DNA from: a candidate division WOR-3 bacterium
Lineage (GTDB): Bacteria; Hydrothermota; Hydrothermia; UBA1063
Direction: 5' to 3'
DNA: 46,223 bases
NCBI GenBank assembly: GCA_039803305.1
Contig: JBDRYG010000003.1
Coordinates: forward strand, 1 to 46,223
Both the position numbers and the translations under genes were made by a program. Positions 9,403 through 19,402 of the stretch are shown piece by piece. The stretch's first letter is position 1; every line of letters begins with the position of its first letter. The notes under the pieces were generated by a model. The model searched no databases and was not told where the DNA came from. It saw nothing but the letters and a program-made list of their open reading frames with translations.

Positions 9403-11481
9403 ATGAGAATTCTGGAAAACTTAAATGAGCAACAAAGGCAGGCAGTTACTATACCTGGCGGTCCGGTTCTTGTTATTGCAGGTGCAGGTTCGGGCAAAAC
9501 GAGAGTTCTAACCCACCGGGTTGCTTATCTAATAGGTCATAAAAAGGTTCCCCCACATCGTATCTTTGTTGCAACATTTACCAATAAGGCTGCTGATGAG
9601 ATGAAAGAGAGAATTAGGCATCTAATTGGTGAAGACATCAAGGACTTGTGGATAGGTACATTTCACTCTCTATGTGCGAGAATATTGAGACAGGAGATTG
9701 AAAGACTTGGAACTCATACAAGGTACTTCACAATTATGGACCGCGAGGATCAGAAAAAAATTTTAAAGGATATCCTTGGAGGTGCTATAAAAAACTTGAG
9801 TCTTGATAATTTAGTCGAGACCATTTCCCAGGTCAAAACGGGACGCACTACCCCAGGAGATTATTTCATAAGCGAAATATTAGAGCGATATACGAAAAAA
9901 ATGCTTGACTATAACGCACTGGATTTTGATGACTTACTACTCTACCCCCTTGAGATTTTCAAAAAATTTCCCGAAGTTCTAGAGTACTACTCGTCAAAAT
10001 TCTTGCATGTGCTTGTGGATGAATATCAAGACACAAACCATGAACAATATCTTCTAATCAAAGCCATCTCGCGCGTTCATAGAAATATATTCGTTGTTGG
10101 AGATGAAGATCAGTCAATTTATTCATTTCGCGGGGCGGATGTCCAGAACATTTTAAACTTCGAAAAGGACTACCCTGACTGTAAAATCATCAAACTGGAA
10201 CAAAACTACCGAAGCACTCAAAAAATTTTGAAAGCTGCCACTGCAGTAATTAACAATAACAAACTTAGAATCGGGAAAACGTTATGGACCCTAAATCCAA
10301 AAGGTAAGAACATAGAAATTTTTGAAGCCGAGGATGAAGAAGAGGAAGCTGAATTTGTACTCGATATAATAAAAAAATCAAATAGAAAATTGGGTGACTT
10401 TCTCATCTTATACAGAATAAATGCCCAGTCTCGAGCTTTTGAATCAGTATTTCAGAGAAGTGGAATCCCCTACAAAATCGTAGGAGGTATAAAATTTTAC
10501 GAAAGAAAAGAAATAAAGGACATACTTGCCTACTTCAAGGTAATTGTTAATCCACAGGATGAGATAGCATTAGAGCGAATTATTAATGTTCCCTCAAGGG
10601 GGATAGGAGACGAGACCATTAGACTTCTTAAGAATGCTGCGGCGGTAAATAAAATAAGTTTGATGGAAGCTTTAGAGAGACATCGTGAGATCTTAAGCAT
10701 TTCTGAAAGATCCCACAGAGCTCTGGAAAATTTTAATAAACTCCTTATAACTCTCAGGGAAAACGCTTCCAAATTAAACGCCTACGAATTCGCCCTTTTT
10801 ATGCTGGATGAAATAAAGTATTACGATTATATTTATAGAACTGAAGAGGCTGAGAAAGCAGAAGATAAAGTTGATAACATCAAAGAACTCCTTGGGGAAA
10901 TTAAAAAAATGGTTGAGGAAGCTAACATCAAGCTTGATGAATATATTCAACAAGTAAGCTTAAGAACCGACATTGATGAGTTCAATGCATCACCAGATTT
11001 TGTTACTCTTATGACAGTCCACAACGCAAAAGGCCTCGAATTTCCTGTGGTAATAATAACCGGTATGGAAGAATCCGTCTTTCCCCATTTTAGATCTAAA
11101 AACAGCGAATTGGAACTCGAAGAGGAAAGAAGACTATTTCATGTGGCTCTGACAAGAGCAATGGAAGAAGTATACATATCCTACGCAAAAACTCGATACT
11201 TAAGGAAAGGATATCTTTTACCTTCAAGATTCCTGAATGAATTACCCGCCGAGGTTATAGAGTATCGGTACAAAGATACTGATAATTATTTTGCATCCAG
11301 TAAACAAGATATAGAAAGGAAAAGAGCTGAAGTTTTTGAACCAGGAGACCTTGTCTATCACCAAATATTTGGGATGGGTAAAGTAGTAGAACTTTACGAG
11401 GACAAAATCAGAATAAATTTTTTCAAGGCTGGATTAAAAACACTGGTGGTTGAGTATGCAAATCTTAAGAGAGTGGAATAG
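9403..11481 (+). CDS. pcrA: PcrA/UvrD SF1 DNA helicase
   Basis: LNEQQ, AGAGSGKT, TFTNKAA, VDEYQD, LEQNYRS, TVHNAKGLEF, EERRLFHVALTRA, C-terminal Tudor-like domain. Start set at ATG 9403 (MRILENLN). Confidence 0.95.
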   Translation: MRILENLNEQQRQAVTIPGGPVLVIAGAGSGKTRVLTHRVAYLIGHKKVPPHRIFVATFTNKAADEMKERIRHLIGEDIKDLWIGTFHSLCARILRQEIERLGTHTRYFTIMDREDQKKILKDILGGAIKNLSLDNLVETISQVKTGRTTPGDYFISEILERYTKKMLDYNALDFDDLLLYPLEIFKKFPEVLEYYSSKFLHVLVDEYQDTNHEQYLLIKAISRVHRNIFVVGDEDQSIYSFRGADVQNILNFEKDYPDCKIIKLEQNYRSTQKILKAATAVINNNKLRIGKTLWTLNPKGKNIEIFEAEDEEEEAEFVLDIIKKSNRKLGDFLILYRINAQSRAFESVFQRSGIPYKIVGGIKFYERKEIKDILAYFKVIVNPQDEIALERIINVPSRGIGDETIRLLKNAAAVNKISLMEALERHREILSISERSHRALENFNKLLITLRENASKLNAYEFALFMLDEIKYYDYIYRTEEAEKAEDKVDNIKELLGEIKKMVEEANIKLDEYIQQVSLRTDIDEFNASPDFVTLMTVHNAKGLEFPVVIITGMEESVFPHFRSKNSELELEEERRLFHVALTRAMEEVYISYAKTRYLRKGYLLPSRFLNELPAEVIEYRYKDTDNYFASSKQDIERKRAEVFEPGDLVYHQIFGMGKVVELYEDKIRINFFKAGLKTLVVEYANLKRVE

Positions 11482-12346
11482 AAGGCTTTTTCTTAAAATA
11501 AACTGGGTTGATTTTGTAGTAATAACCCTGGGTACTCTTCTTACTGCTCTTGGTATCGTAGTATTTATTGCACCAAACAAGATCGCAGCTGGAGGTGTAA
11601 GTGGCATTAGCATTATCCTGCATCATCTTTTCCACTTTCCAATCGGACTTACTATGCTTATTATAAACCTATTTCTTTTCGTTTTAGCTTTCTTCCTGCT
11701 CGGTAGTGAATTCGGAATTAAAAGCATATACGCAACTATAATATTAAGTGTCTTCGTTGACTTACTGGGGTGGATTATTCCGAGCTCTCTATACATTGAA
11801 GATATCGTAATAGCTACGATCTTTGGTAATTTACTGACCGGTACTGGCATTGCTTTGGTCATGTCCAGGGGCTCGTCAACTGGCGGTACAGACATAGTTG
11901 CAATGATTGCCAGGAAATATACCAATATTGATGTGGGAAAGGCACTAATGGGGGTAGATTTTGTTATAACCCTTTTTGCTGGTATATTTTTCGGTAAAAT
12001 CATAGGTATGTATTCCTTACTCGCTGTTATAATTAATACGAACACCATTGATTATGTACTGGAGGGTATAACTACTTCATTTCAGGCATTCATAGTAACC
12101 TCAAAACCTTTTGCGATCAAGGATAGGGTTATTAAGGAACTTAATCGAGGAGTTACTTTTCTTAAGGCTATTGGCGGCTACACAGGTGAAGAAAAACTGG
12201 GTATTCTGGTTGTTCTCAAGTCACCTCGTGAAATAGTGAAGCTAAAAGAGATAGTAAAAGAAGAGGACCCCGCAGCTTTTATGACTATCTCTCATGTCCG
12301 CGAGGTCCTCGGAGAAGGTTTTAAAAAGATTTCTTCTTCATTTTAG
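11450..12346 (+). CDS. YitT family (DUF161/DUF2179) membrane protein
   Basis: AAGGVSG, SSTGGTDIVA, RGVT..GGYTG, DPAAF..EVLGEGF. Exact start uncertain. Confidence 0.9.
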   Translation: MSMQILREWNRRLFLKINWVDFVVITLGTLLTALGIVVFIAPNKIAAGGVSGISIILHHLFHFPIGLTMLIINLFLFVLAFFLLGSEFGIKSIYATIILSVFVDLLGWIIPSSLYIEDIVIATIFGNLLTGTGIALVMSRGSSTGGTDIVAMIARKYTNIDVGKALMGVDFVITLFAGIFFGKIIGMYSLLAVIINTNTIDYVLEGITTSFQAFIVTSKPFAIKDRVIKELNRGVTFLKAIGGYTGEEKLGILVVLKSPREIVKLKEIVKEEDPAAFMTISHVREVLGEGFKKISSSF

Positions 12347-12975
12347 TAAGGTTTTATTCCCAGCCACTGGGTTAATAGAAAGTTTAGTCTACCGACAAGG
12401 AGTGATAAACGCGCCATAACAGTGTATCCGAACGAAGCACCGAACCCCAGCATCAGCAATAGTAATCCAGCTTTTGAAATTTGCTTTAGTCCTGGCCTTT
12501 CATGGGGAACAGAAAAATAGAAGAAAAACAGCACCACGATTACTCCGAAGAAAAGGATCAATGCATTAACCCATGCAGCGAGATTTGGATAAGGAGGTCG
12601 AAGGATAGAACCACTGAGTTGTTCAAAAATGTAGGCTTTCATGGAAAGGGGAATACTCAGACCAGAACCGACACCAAGGAGAAATGCCATTGGCCACCTC
12701 ATCAAATAAGAAACCTTCGGTACTGCGAATGTAAAGTATAACAAACCAAGAAGAAATGGAACAATGAAAACAAACTGCTTCTGTACAAAGAGAGGCTCAA
12801 AAAGGTTGGGAAGAAAAGCATTTTTATAAACAATCACAAGACCATAACCAGTTGCAATACCAACAAAAAGATGCTCCGCGAACCTAAAAATCGGATTATC
12901 TTTGTATAAAAAGGTGAAAATAGCGAGAGTCAAAAGAGCTTGAATCCAAACCCAAAAATTTGTTGAAATATGCAT
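12343..12975 (-). CDS. Hypothetical membrane protein, about 6 TM (gene 4 of the DUF6754 operon)
   Basis: Six hydrophobic segments; KDNPIFRFAEHLFVG and GFGASFGYTVMARLSLL motifs. Start ATG 12975 after AAGGAGG. Confidence 0.75.
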   Translation of the reverse strand: MHISTNFWVWIQALLTLAIFTFLYKDNPIFRFAEHLFVGIATGYGLVIVYKNAFLPNLFEPLFVQKQFVFIVPFLLGLLYFTFAVPKVSYLMRWPMAFLLGVGSGLSIPLSMKAYIFEQLSGSILRPPYPNLAAWVNALILFFGVIVVLFFFYFSVPHERPGLKQISKAGLLLLMLGFGASFGYTVMARLSLLVGRLNFLLTQWLGIKPY

Positions 12976-12976
12976 C

Positions 12977-13828
12977 TTATTTCCTCCTTTTCGATGCAAA
13001 ATACCCGATGTTACCAATAATTATAAATAATATTATAAGAAGCTGTCCTATTGAATTTGCATCCATCATTCTTATTGCGGAAGAAGGTGGAGCCTTGTAT
13101 CCCTCTTTTTCCAGAATCTGATTCACTGCATACTCATACTCGGCTGCAGCTTTCATACCTGCCAGCATACCTATGAACTGCCCGGTTTGTATATAAGGAT
13201 AGAAATCACCAGCACTTACCGCAGTGACAGCGGCAGCAACATTTGCACCGTATCGGGTTTTTGCATATATAACCCACGTAACTGGTAAAGAAGAGCCACT
13301 GAAACTGATCACCAAAGAAATATCTTTATAGTTTCTTACAGGTTTTAAAGCATATATATCTTTTGTAGGAGTTCCAAAATAATCCTTATTAAAGACCCCT
13401 TTTATGTCTTCCCCAATTCCAAGGATTACTGCCGATAAACCAGCCTGATAACCTAAGAATACATAATCAGTATCCCTCCTCGCCTTAAGTAGAGACTCCG
13501 CTTCAGCAAAGGCATCAAGCGCAAGGCCTGCCCCCTGCACACCCAGGGTCATACCTATAGGAATAACACCCCTTAGTATGCAATGTTTTACCACAGCTTT
13601 ATACATAGGATGAACTTCAGGTGCCACAGAAGGATCATAATCAGCAGATAGAAGAACATATGAACCCGCCGGGAGGGTATCAATAAATTCAAAAACTCTT
13701 TTTACCTGAGGTGACATTTTCTGGGGAAACTTAGGCGGAAAGATTAAAGGTACAACAAGCCCAACAAGCAGAATAATGTAAATATAGAATCTATTAATTT
13801 TACCAAGTTTTTCAAGAAAAGACCTCAT
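12977..13828 (-). CDS. Hypothetical membrane protein, TM-alpha/beta domain-TM (gene 3 of the DUF6754 operon)
   Basis: Terminal TM helices flank a soluble domain; DYDP..PE..P and YPY..TGQ..G.LAG.K.AAEYE. AGGAGG SD. Confidence 0.75.
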   Translation of the reverse strand: MRSFLEKLGKINRFYIYIILLVGLVVPLIFPPKFPQKMSPQVKRVFEFIDTLPAGSYVLLSADYDPSVAPEVHPMYKAVVKHCILRGVIPIGMTLGVQGAGLALDAFAEAESLLKARRDTDYVFLGYQAGLSAVILGIGEDIKGVFNKDYFGTPTKDIYALKPVRNYKDISLVISFSGSSLPVTWVIYAKTRYGANVAAAVTAVSAGDFYPYIQTGQFIGMLAGMKAAAEYEYAVNQILEKEGYKAPPSSAIRMMDANSIGQLLIILFIIIGNIGYFASKRRK

Positions 13829-13830
13829 AT

Positions 13831-14448
13831 TCAGCCTCCTATCCAGCTTCTTTCTACACCAAGTATTATCTTGACAGAAGTCGCAACTACACCAAGACCA
13901 ACTCCTATCAAAATACCGCGCTTTGATGCAAGATTAGGGACTGCCATTATCCATTCAACAATCTCAGAGGAGCGGGGGATGTAATTCCCAACAGTAGTCG
14001 TACCAATTATGATGAGAAAAGCAGTGATCATGAGAATTGTTGCTTCAAGGCCTCTAACTCTAAAGGCACGATAAGCTGCCGAGGCCATAAAGAAAGCTAA
14101 AAGGGAGAAAGTGGTTGCCTGTAGTGGAACCATAACATTCTGGTACATTTTCTGAAAGAGAGACTGTTTTTCTGTCCCACCGATGAAACCTATAAGAACC
14201 ATTGAGAAAAATGCAACTAAAGCAAGGCCACTATAAGGTGCATAATTCTTATTTTTTAATCTTCTCGTGTGAAACCTTAGAAAACTTATAATTGCAACCA
14301 CATATGCCATGGAGGAGATTGCTCTACTCCACTTAATTGCATAGTCGTACATAGATTGAGAGACAGGATGGGGGATAAAATACTGAAAAGTCATTAAAAC
14401 TCCTGTAATAAATACCAGAAATAAAGGTACACCCTTTTTAAAATCCAT
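13831..14448 (-). CDS. Hypothetical membrane protein, about 6 TM (gene 2 of the DUF6754 operon)
   Basis: Six hydrophobic segments; FSLLAFFMASAAYRAFR and KRGILIGVGLG..KIILGVER. GGAGGTG SD before ATG 14448. Confidence 0.75.
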   Translation of the reverse strand: MDFKKGVPLFLVFITGVLMTFQYFIPHPVSQSMYDYAIKWSRAISSMAYVVAIISFLRFHTRRLKNKNYAPYSGLALVAFFSMVLIGFIGGTEKQSLFQKMYQNVMVPLQATTFSLLAFFMASAAYRAFRVRGLEATILMITAFLIIIGTTTVGNYIPRSSEIVEWIMAVPNLASKRGILIGVGLGVVATSVKIILGVERSWIGG

Positions 14449-14457
14449 ATTCACCTC

Positions 14458-15552
14458 CTAAAAAAGCCCAAGGGTTAATCTAACTCCAAAAAGACCAAAT
14501 ATACTAACCACAACAAGAAGTAAACCAAGAATTAATTTAGACAAATCCTGTCCCTTTATCGTTCCAGTTAAAAGCGGCTCTTTCGAGAGGTAAGCACTCG
14601 CAGCGTAAAGTTCTTCGCCAATAAGAGTATAATCGCAGGTCACAACAAAAAATGGAAGCTGAGCAACCGAATCAGTACCTGCGACCTGAATAGCCCCTGT
14701 AGATGCACCTGTTTCTGATAAAATAAGGGATTCTGCAAAATAGTATCCCATAAAGAAATTAGTAGCACTCTGCTCCCTGACCATTAACGCAGAAACGTGG
14801 GCTGCATATCCAAACTGGCTATCTGTGGCGAAATACACATCCTCCCCTCGAAATAAATCAGGACGTCCAATTGACGTATACGCCTCTTTAACAATTTCCC
14901 TGGCCATTGTATACACCACAGGGTCATAGCATGGAACAATAATCCTCGTTTCATACTCACCAGCTCTTTTAGCGATATGAGAAAGAATATTTAATGCTGC
15001 AATAGTAGCCACATCGGATAATGTGCTTAATCCGCATACATACACTATAGGTCTTCCCATCTCCGTAGCTCTTCCTACCGCCTCATTTACGGCCTCAAGA
15101 CCCGCGATGGGTCTTAAATATAGTGATTTCTGAGCCTTGGCCTGGGAAATGAAATATAGTAAAATAGCAACGTACAGCAATATTGAAAGAAGAAGGGAAA
15201 AACGCGAGGGGTTAAACCATTTCGCCTGAGGCTTAATAAATTCACTAAAATCTGATTCGAATACAGCGTTCCCGTTAATCAGCGCAATAACTTTGTATCT
15301 ATATTCATACTTGTAATTAACAGTATTATCGGAGAATACCCTGTAAAAAGGTAAAATTTCAAGGGTATCAACTATCCCGTCATTTCTCTCCCTAACCAGG
15401 CGGATCGAAGTAACAGCCGGCCTCAGGCTATCCGGAATAGGAAGCTCTATTTTCAACACTTTTCCGGTCCCGTATATATCCTCTTCATGGGGTTGTGGAT
15501 AAAAAACCCTGGGACCGCTGGTTAAAAGAGCCAGCATTAATAATATCCCCAT
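14458..15552 (-). CDS. Membrane protein with an FN3-like N-terminal domain and a DUF6754-like domain (gene 1 of the operon)
   Basis: Signal peptide, beta-rich domain (FSDNTV..YEYRYKVIA), TM helix, then LRPIAGLEAVNEAVGRATEMGRP and QLPFF..CDYTLIGEELYAASAYLS recognised as DUF6754-like. Confidence 0.75.
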   Translation of the reverse strand: MGILLMLALLTSGPRVFYPQPHEEDIYGTGKVLKIELPIPDSLRPAVTSIRLVRERNDGIVDTLEILPFYRVFSDNTVNYKYEYRYKVIALINGNAVFESDFSEFIKPQAKWFNPSRFSLLLSILLYVAILLYFISQAKAQKSLYLRPIAGLEAVNEAVGRATEMGRPIVYVCGLSTLSDVATIAALNILSHIAKRAGEYETRIIVPCYDPVVYTMAREIVKEAYTSIGRPDLFRGEDVYFATDSQFGYAAHVSALMVREQSATNFFMGYYFAESLILSETGASTGAIQVAGTDSVAQLPFFVVTCDYTLIGEELYAASAYLSKEPLLTGTIKGQDLSKLILGLLLVVVSIFGLFGVRLTLGLF

Positions 15553-15557
15553 TCTTA

Positions 15558-15602
15558 CCTCCTGTTAGTCCTTTATTTTAAACTAAAAAACCTCTAAAGC
15601 AA
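15558..15602 (-). promoter_or_regulatory. Promoter and SD of the four-gene membrane operon
   Basis: Minus strand TTGCTT-N16-TAAAAT, then AGGAGGT shortly before ATG 15552. Confidence 0.55.
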
Positions 15603-15647
15603 AATATTACACTAAAATCACAAATAATTTGTTCGAATTACTAACAG

Positions 15648-15659
15648 TATAATTTCAAA
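15648..15659 (+). promoter_or_regulatory. -10 box directly upstream of the MATE gene, probably leaderless
   Basis: TATAAT-N6-ATG, no SD. The -35 box is unclear. Confidence 0.5.
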
Positions 15660-17021
15660 ATGCATGAATCCCATGAAAAAAGAGAGCATGTAAAAATTTT
15701 ATTTGAAAATCCTCAATCATCAATTTTAAAGCTTGCTACTCCGACTGTTGTTGCAAATTTTGTACAAATCTTTTACAGTTTAGTTGACGCATTCTGGATT
15801 TCGACTCTAAAGAACGCCTCTCTTGGAGTGGCCGGCGTAGGCCTTGCCCAGCCATTAAACTTCGCTGCTATATCCTTCGCTGGCGGAATTGGTGTTGGAA
15901 CCAATTCTCTGATTTCCAGATCTATCGGTGCAAAAGATTACAGAAAAGCAAGCAAAGCTGCCTCAACCGGGATTAAAATATCCATCCTTACCTCATTTCT
16001 TGTTGGTCTGATTCTCGTTATTTTCGCAAAAAGAATATTCATAAAACTCGGTGCAGGGGACGCGCTTGAAAATGCAATAAGATATGGAAGAATTATTTTC
16101 CTCTTTTTACCTGTAAGCTTTCTTAACATGATTTTTAACTACATTTTTCGAGCAGAGGGGGACACAAGACGATCAATGTATGCGATGATAACTGGTTCGA
16201 TTCTCAATATTTTTCTCGATCCCATTTTCATTCTCATTTTTAAGATGGGAGTTGTTGGCGTAGCGATAGCAACAGTGATCTCACAGGTGGTTTCTCTTCT
16301 TTTGCTTTTGTTTTGGGCCCTTTTCCAAAAATCTACTTTTATAAGAATAACATTAAGAGATTCTCTGTTAGATTTTAAAACTTGCTGGGAGATAATGGGT
16401 GTTGGTTTCCCTTTTACACTGTCTCAGTTCTTAATATCTTTCTCACAAATGCTTTACAATCATCTTGTCGCAAATTTGAGAGGTCCACAAGGTATTGCCA
16501 TTTACAGTACCGGTATGAGATTAAACCAGTTTGCTGTCCTTCCCTCCCTCGGCATTTCAGCTGCAACAATATCCATAGTAGGTGCCTGGTATGGTGCTAA
16601 AAATAAAGAGATGGTTCGCAAAAGTATAATAGAATCATGGAAACTTGGGATCAAGATACAGAGTTTTATAGCTATTTTCGTTTATTCAGCTGCACCTTTA
16701 CTCGCAAGAATATTTGCGAACGATATAACAATGAAAAAAATTATGCCTGAAGTAGTTACTTTTTTGAGGATTACCTCATTATCCTACATCTTTACACCAA
16801 TAGGAATGTATACATCGTCAGCCTTTAACGGGATGGGACAAGGCATTAATTCTGCAATTCTAACATTTATGAGACTTCTTGTAATAGCATATCCCATTTC
16901 ATTCTTACTAGGCAAATGGTTAAATATGGGACTTACAGGTGTTTGGTGGGGCCTTAATATTGCTCCCATTGGGGCGAGTGTAATAGCTATAACTTGGCTA
17001 AAAATCAAAAAAATTCTCTAA
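15660..17021 (+). CDS. MATE family efflux transporter (DinF/PfMATE-like)
   Basis: About 12 TM; YSLVDAFW, RAEGDT, LNIFLDPIFI, GVVGVAIATVISQ, GLTGVWWG. Confidence 0.93.
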   Translation: MHESHEKREHVKILFENPQSSILKLATPTVVANFVQIFYSLVDAFWISTLKNASLGVAGVGLAQPLNFAAISFAGGIGVGTNSLISRSIGAKDYRKASKAASTGIKISILTSFLVGLILVIFAKRIFIKLGAGDALENAIRYGRIIFLFLPVSFLNMIFNYIFRAEGDTRRSMYAMITGSILNIFLDPIFILIFKMGVVGVAIATVISQVVSLLLLLFWALFQKSTFIRITLRDSLLDFKTCWEIMGVGFPFTLSQFLISFSQMLYNHLVANLRGPQGIAIYSTGMRLNQFAVLPSLGISAATISIVGAWYGAKNKEMVRKSIIESWKLGIKIQSFIAIFVYSAAPLLARIFANDITMKKIMPEVVTFLRITSLSYIFTPIGMYTSSAFNGMGQGINSAILTFMRLLVIAYPISFLLGKWLNMGLTGVWWGLNIAPIGASVIAITWLKIKKIL

Positions 17022-17022
17022 A

Positions 17023-18861
17023 TTATGAATCCTGACTTTTAAGATCGTCATTTGTAGACTTATTCAGGATCTCATCAAGCTCTCTTCCGGTAAGAGTTTC
17101 TTTCTCCAGGAGGAGTTCAGATATTTTGTGTAGGTACTGAATATTGCTCTCTATTATGTTTTTTGCCTTTTCGAATGCCTTATTAACAATTTCTTTTATT
17201 TCCTGATCAATCAACTTTGCTGTTTCTTCGGAAAAATACCTCCTTACACCCAGCTCCCTTCCAAGAAATACTTCTTCTTCGGCTTTGCCAAGAGTAACCG
17301 GGCCAAGTTTCTCTGACATCCCCCAATCAGTTACCATTCTTCGCGCAATCTCGGTCGCTTTACTCAAATCGTCAGCAGCACCTGTTGATTCCTCGCCAAA
17401 CACCAGTAGCTCAGCAGCCCTACCACCCAAAAGAACTGAAAGTTGAGCTTTGATATAAGACTTCGTATAAATATACCGATCCTCTTCGGGGAGAGACTGA
17501 GTAGCGCCAAGAGCCCTGCCATGTGGGATTATGGTAATTTTATGAACCGGGTCTGCTTCGGGAGTAAACTTTGCGACAAGGGCGTGGCCCACTTCATGAT
17601 ATGCAATTCTTCTTTTCTCTTCTTCGGAAATTACCATGCTTCGCCTTGCAATACCCATTATCAGTTTGTCCTTTGCCTCTTCAAAATCTTTCATAGATAC
17701 CTGCTTCTGATTTTTTCTGGCTGCAAGAAGAGCTGCTTCGTTAACTAAATTTGCTAAATCAGCACCAGTGAACCCGGGTGTTGATTGAGCTATTACTTTC
17801 AAGTCAACATCAGGTGCAAGGGGCACTTTGGAAGCGTGAAGTTTCAAAATTTCTTCCCTCGCTTTAACATCAGGGATTGGCACATAAATTCTCCTGTCAA
17901 ATCTCCCGGGTCGTAAAAGAGCTGGGTCAAGAATATCTGGTCTATTTGTAGCAGCCATAACGATTATTCCCTCAGAAGAATCAAAACCATCCATTTCAAC
18001 AAGTAGCTGGTTTAAAGTCTGCTCCCTCTCATCATGTCCACCACCAAGACCCGCCCCTCTCAATCTTCCGACTGCATCAATTTCATCTATGAAAATTATA
18101 CAAGGGGCATTTGCTTTGCCTTGCTCAAATAAATCTCTAACCCTTGCAGCTCCTACACCAACAAAAAGTTCAACGAATTCAGATCCGGAAATAGAGAGAA
18201 ATGGCACACCAGCTTCACCTGCTACAGCTTTAGCCAGAAGAGTTTTCCCTGTTCCCGGTGGACCAACCAATAGAACCCCCTTAGGAATTCGAGCTCCTAT
18301 CTCTCTAAATTTAGCCGGATTCTTTAAGAACTCTATAATTTCTTGAAGTTCTACTTTTGCCTCATCACAACCCGCAACATCTTTGAAAGAAATTTGAGGC
18401 TTTGACTCTCTAAGAACCCTAACTCTGCTTTTCCCAAACTTAATCGCTTCTCTTTGACTTGCACTAATCTGCCTGAAAAAGAAGAACCAGAAGAGAACCA
18501 GCATTAAAAGCCACGGAATAGAGCTTAAAACTACTGTCAAAATAAGGCTTTTTTCCTTTGAATAAACATTCACACCCTTAGACGCAAGGTATTTTATAAG
18601 TTCAGGGTCATCATAGGGGATCTGTACTTTAAACCTTAAGTATTGCTTATTCTCCCTGTTTAAAGGGTTTTTAAAAAGCCCATCTATGTTTTTTCCAGAT
18701 ATAATAATTTCGCTGACATTCCCGCTTTCTACCTGTGCATAAAAATCTGTAAAAGAGATGCTTAAAACATTCCTCTCTGTGGTCAAATAGTTGTACAAGG
18801 ATGCAAAAGCAAGAAATATTAAGAACCAGATTATCAAGTTTTTTAAAAGATCAGCCTTCAT
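17023..18861 (-). CDS. ftsH: ATP-dependent zinc metalloprotease FtsH
   Basis: 2 [34 protein letters not shown]. Confidence 0.98.
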   Translation of the reverse strand: MKADLLKNLIIWFLIFLAFASLYNYLTTERNVLSISFTDFYAQVESGNVSEIIISGKNIDGLFKNPLNRENKQYLRFKVQIPYDDPELIKYLASKGVNVYSKEKSLILTVVLSSIPWLLMLVLFWFFFFRQISASQREAIKFGKSRVRVLRESKPQISFKDVAGCDEAKVELQEIIEFLKNPAKFREIGARIPKGVLLVGPPGTGKTLLAKAVAGEAGVPFLSISGSEFVELFVGVGAARVRDLFEQGKANAPCIIFIDEIDAVGRLRGAGLGGGHDEREQTLNQLLVEMDGFDSSEGIIVMAATNRPDILDPALLRPGRFDRRIYVPIPDVKAREEILKLHASKVPLAPDVDLKVIAQSTPGFTGADLANLVNEAALLAARKNQKQVSMKDFEEAKDKLIMGIARRSMVISEEEKRRIAYHEVGHALVAKFTPEADPVHKITIIPHGRALGATQSLPEEDRYIYTKSYIKAQLSVLLGGRAAELLVFGEESTGAADDLSKATEIARRMVTDWGMSEKLGPVTLGKAEEEVFLGRELGVRRYFSEETAKLIDQEIKEIVNKAFEKAKNIIESNIQYLHKISELLLEKETLTGRELDEILNKSTNDDLKSQDS

Positions 18862-19402
18862 TTCCCATTACCTCTCTAAGTTCTTCTTCTCTTATTTCCC
18901 TGATATAAGGTAAATTCCTGTATTTTTCAGCGAAATCGAGACCATACCCTATAAGAAATTTATCGGGGACTTCAAACCCTACATAATCAAGTTCTATATT
19001 AACCTGCCTTCTCTCTTTCTTGTCTAACAACACACAAACTTTTAAACTTCTCGGCTTTCGGCCTTTTAAAAGATCGACCAGATATTTCAAAGTGAGTCCG
19101 CTATCGCAGATGTCCTCCACAAGTAGAATATCCCGCCCTTCAATAGAAACACTTAAATCTTTAACAATTTTAACTATTCCTGAGGTTCTGGTTGATTTAC
19201 CATAACTTGAGACTGCCAAAAAATCAACCTCTACGTTGATAGATAACTCCCTGATTAAATCAGCCATGAAAATAAAGGAGCCTTTCAATACACCTATCAC
19301 AATTGGAACAGTGTCCTTAAAATCATCTTCTATGCTTTTAGCTAATTCTTTAATTCTTCTCTTTATGTCTTCTTCAGTTATCAAAAATCCAGTATTCTCC
19401 AT
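18851..19402 (-). CDS. hpt: Hypoxanthine phosphoribosyltransferase
   Basis: GVLKGS, VSSYG, LLVEDICDSGLTL, GYGLD..YRNLP; tilS-hpt-ftsH synteny. Start set at ATG 19402. Confidence 0.95.
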   Translation of the reverse strand: MENTGFLITEEDIKRRIKELAKSIEDDFKDTVPIVIGVLKGSFIFMADLIRELSINVEVDFLAVSSYGKSTRTSGIVKIVKDLSVSIEGRDILLVEDICDSGLTLKYLVDLLKGRKPRSLKVCVLLDKKERRQVNIELDYVGFEVPDKFLIGYGLDFAEKYRNLPYIREIREEELREVMGNEG

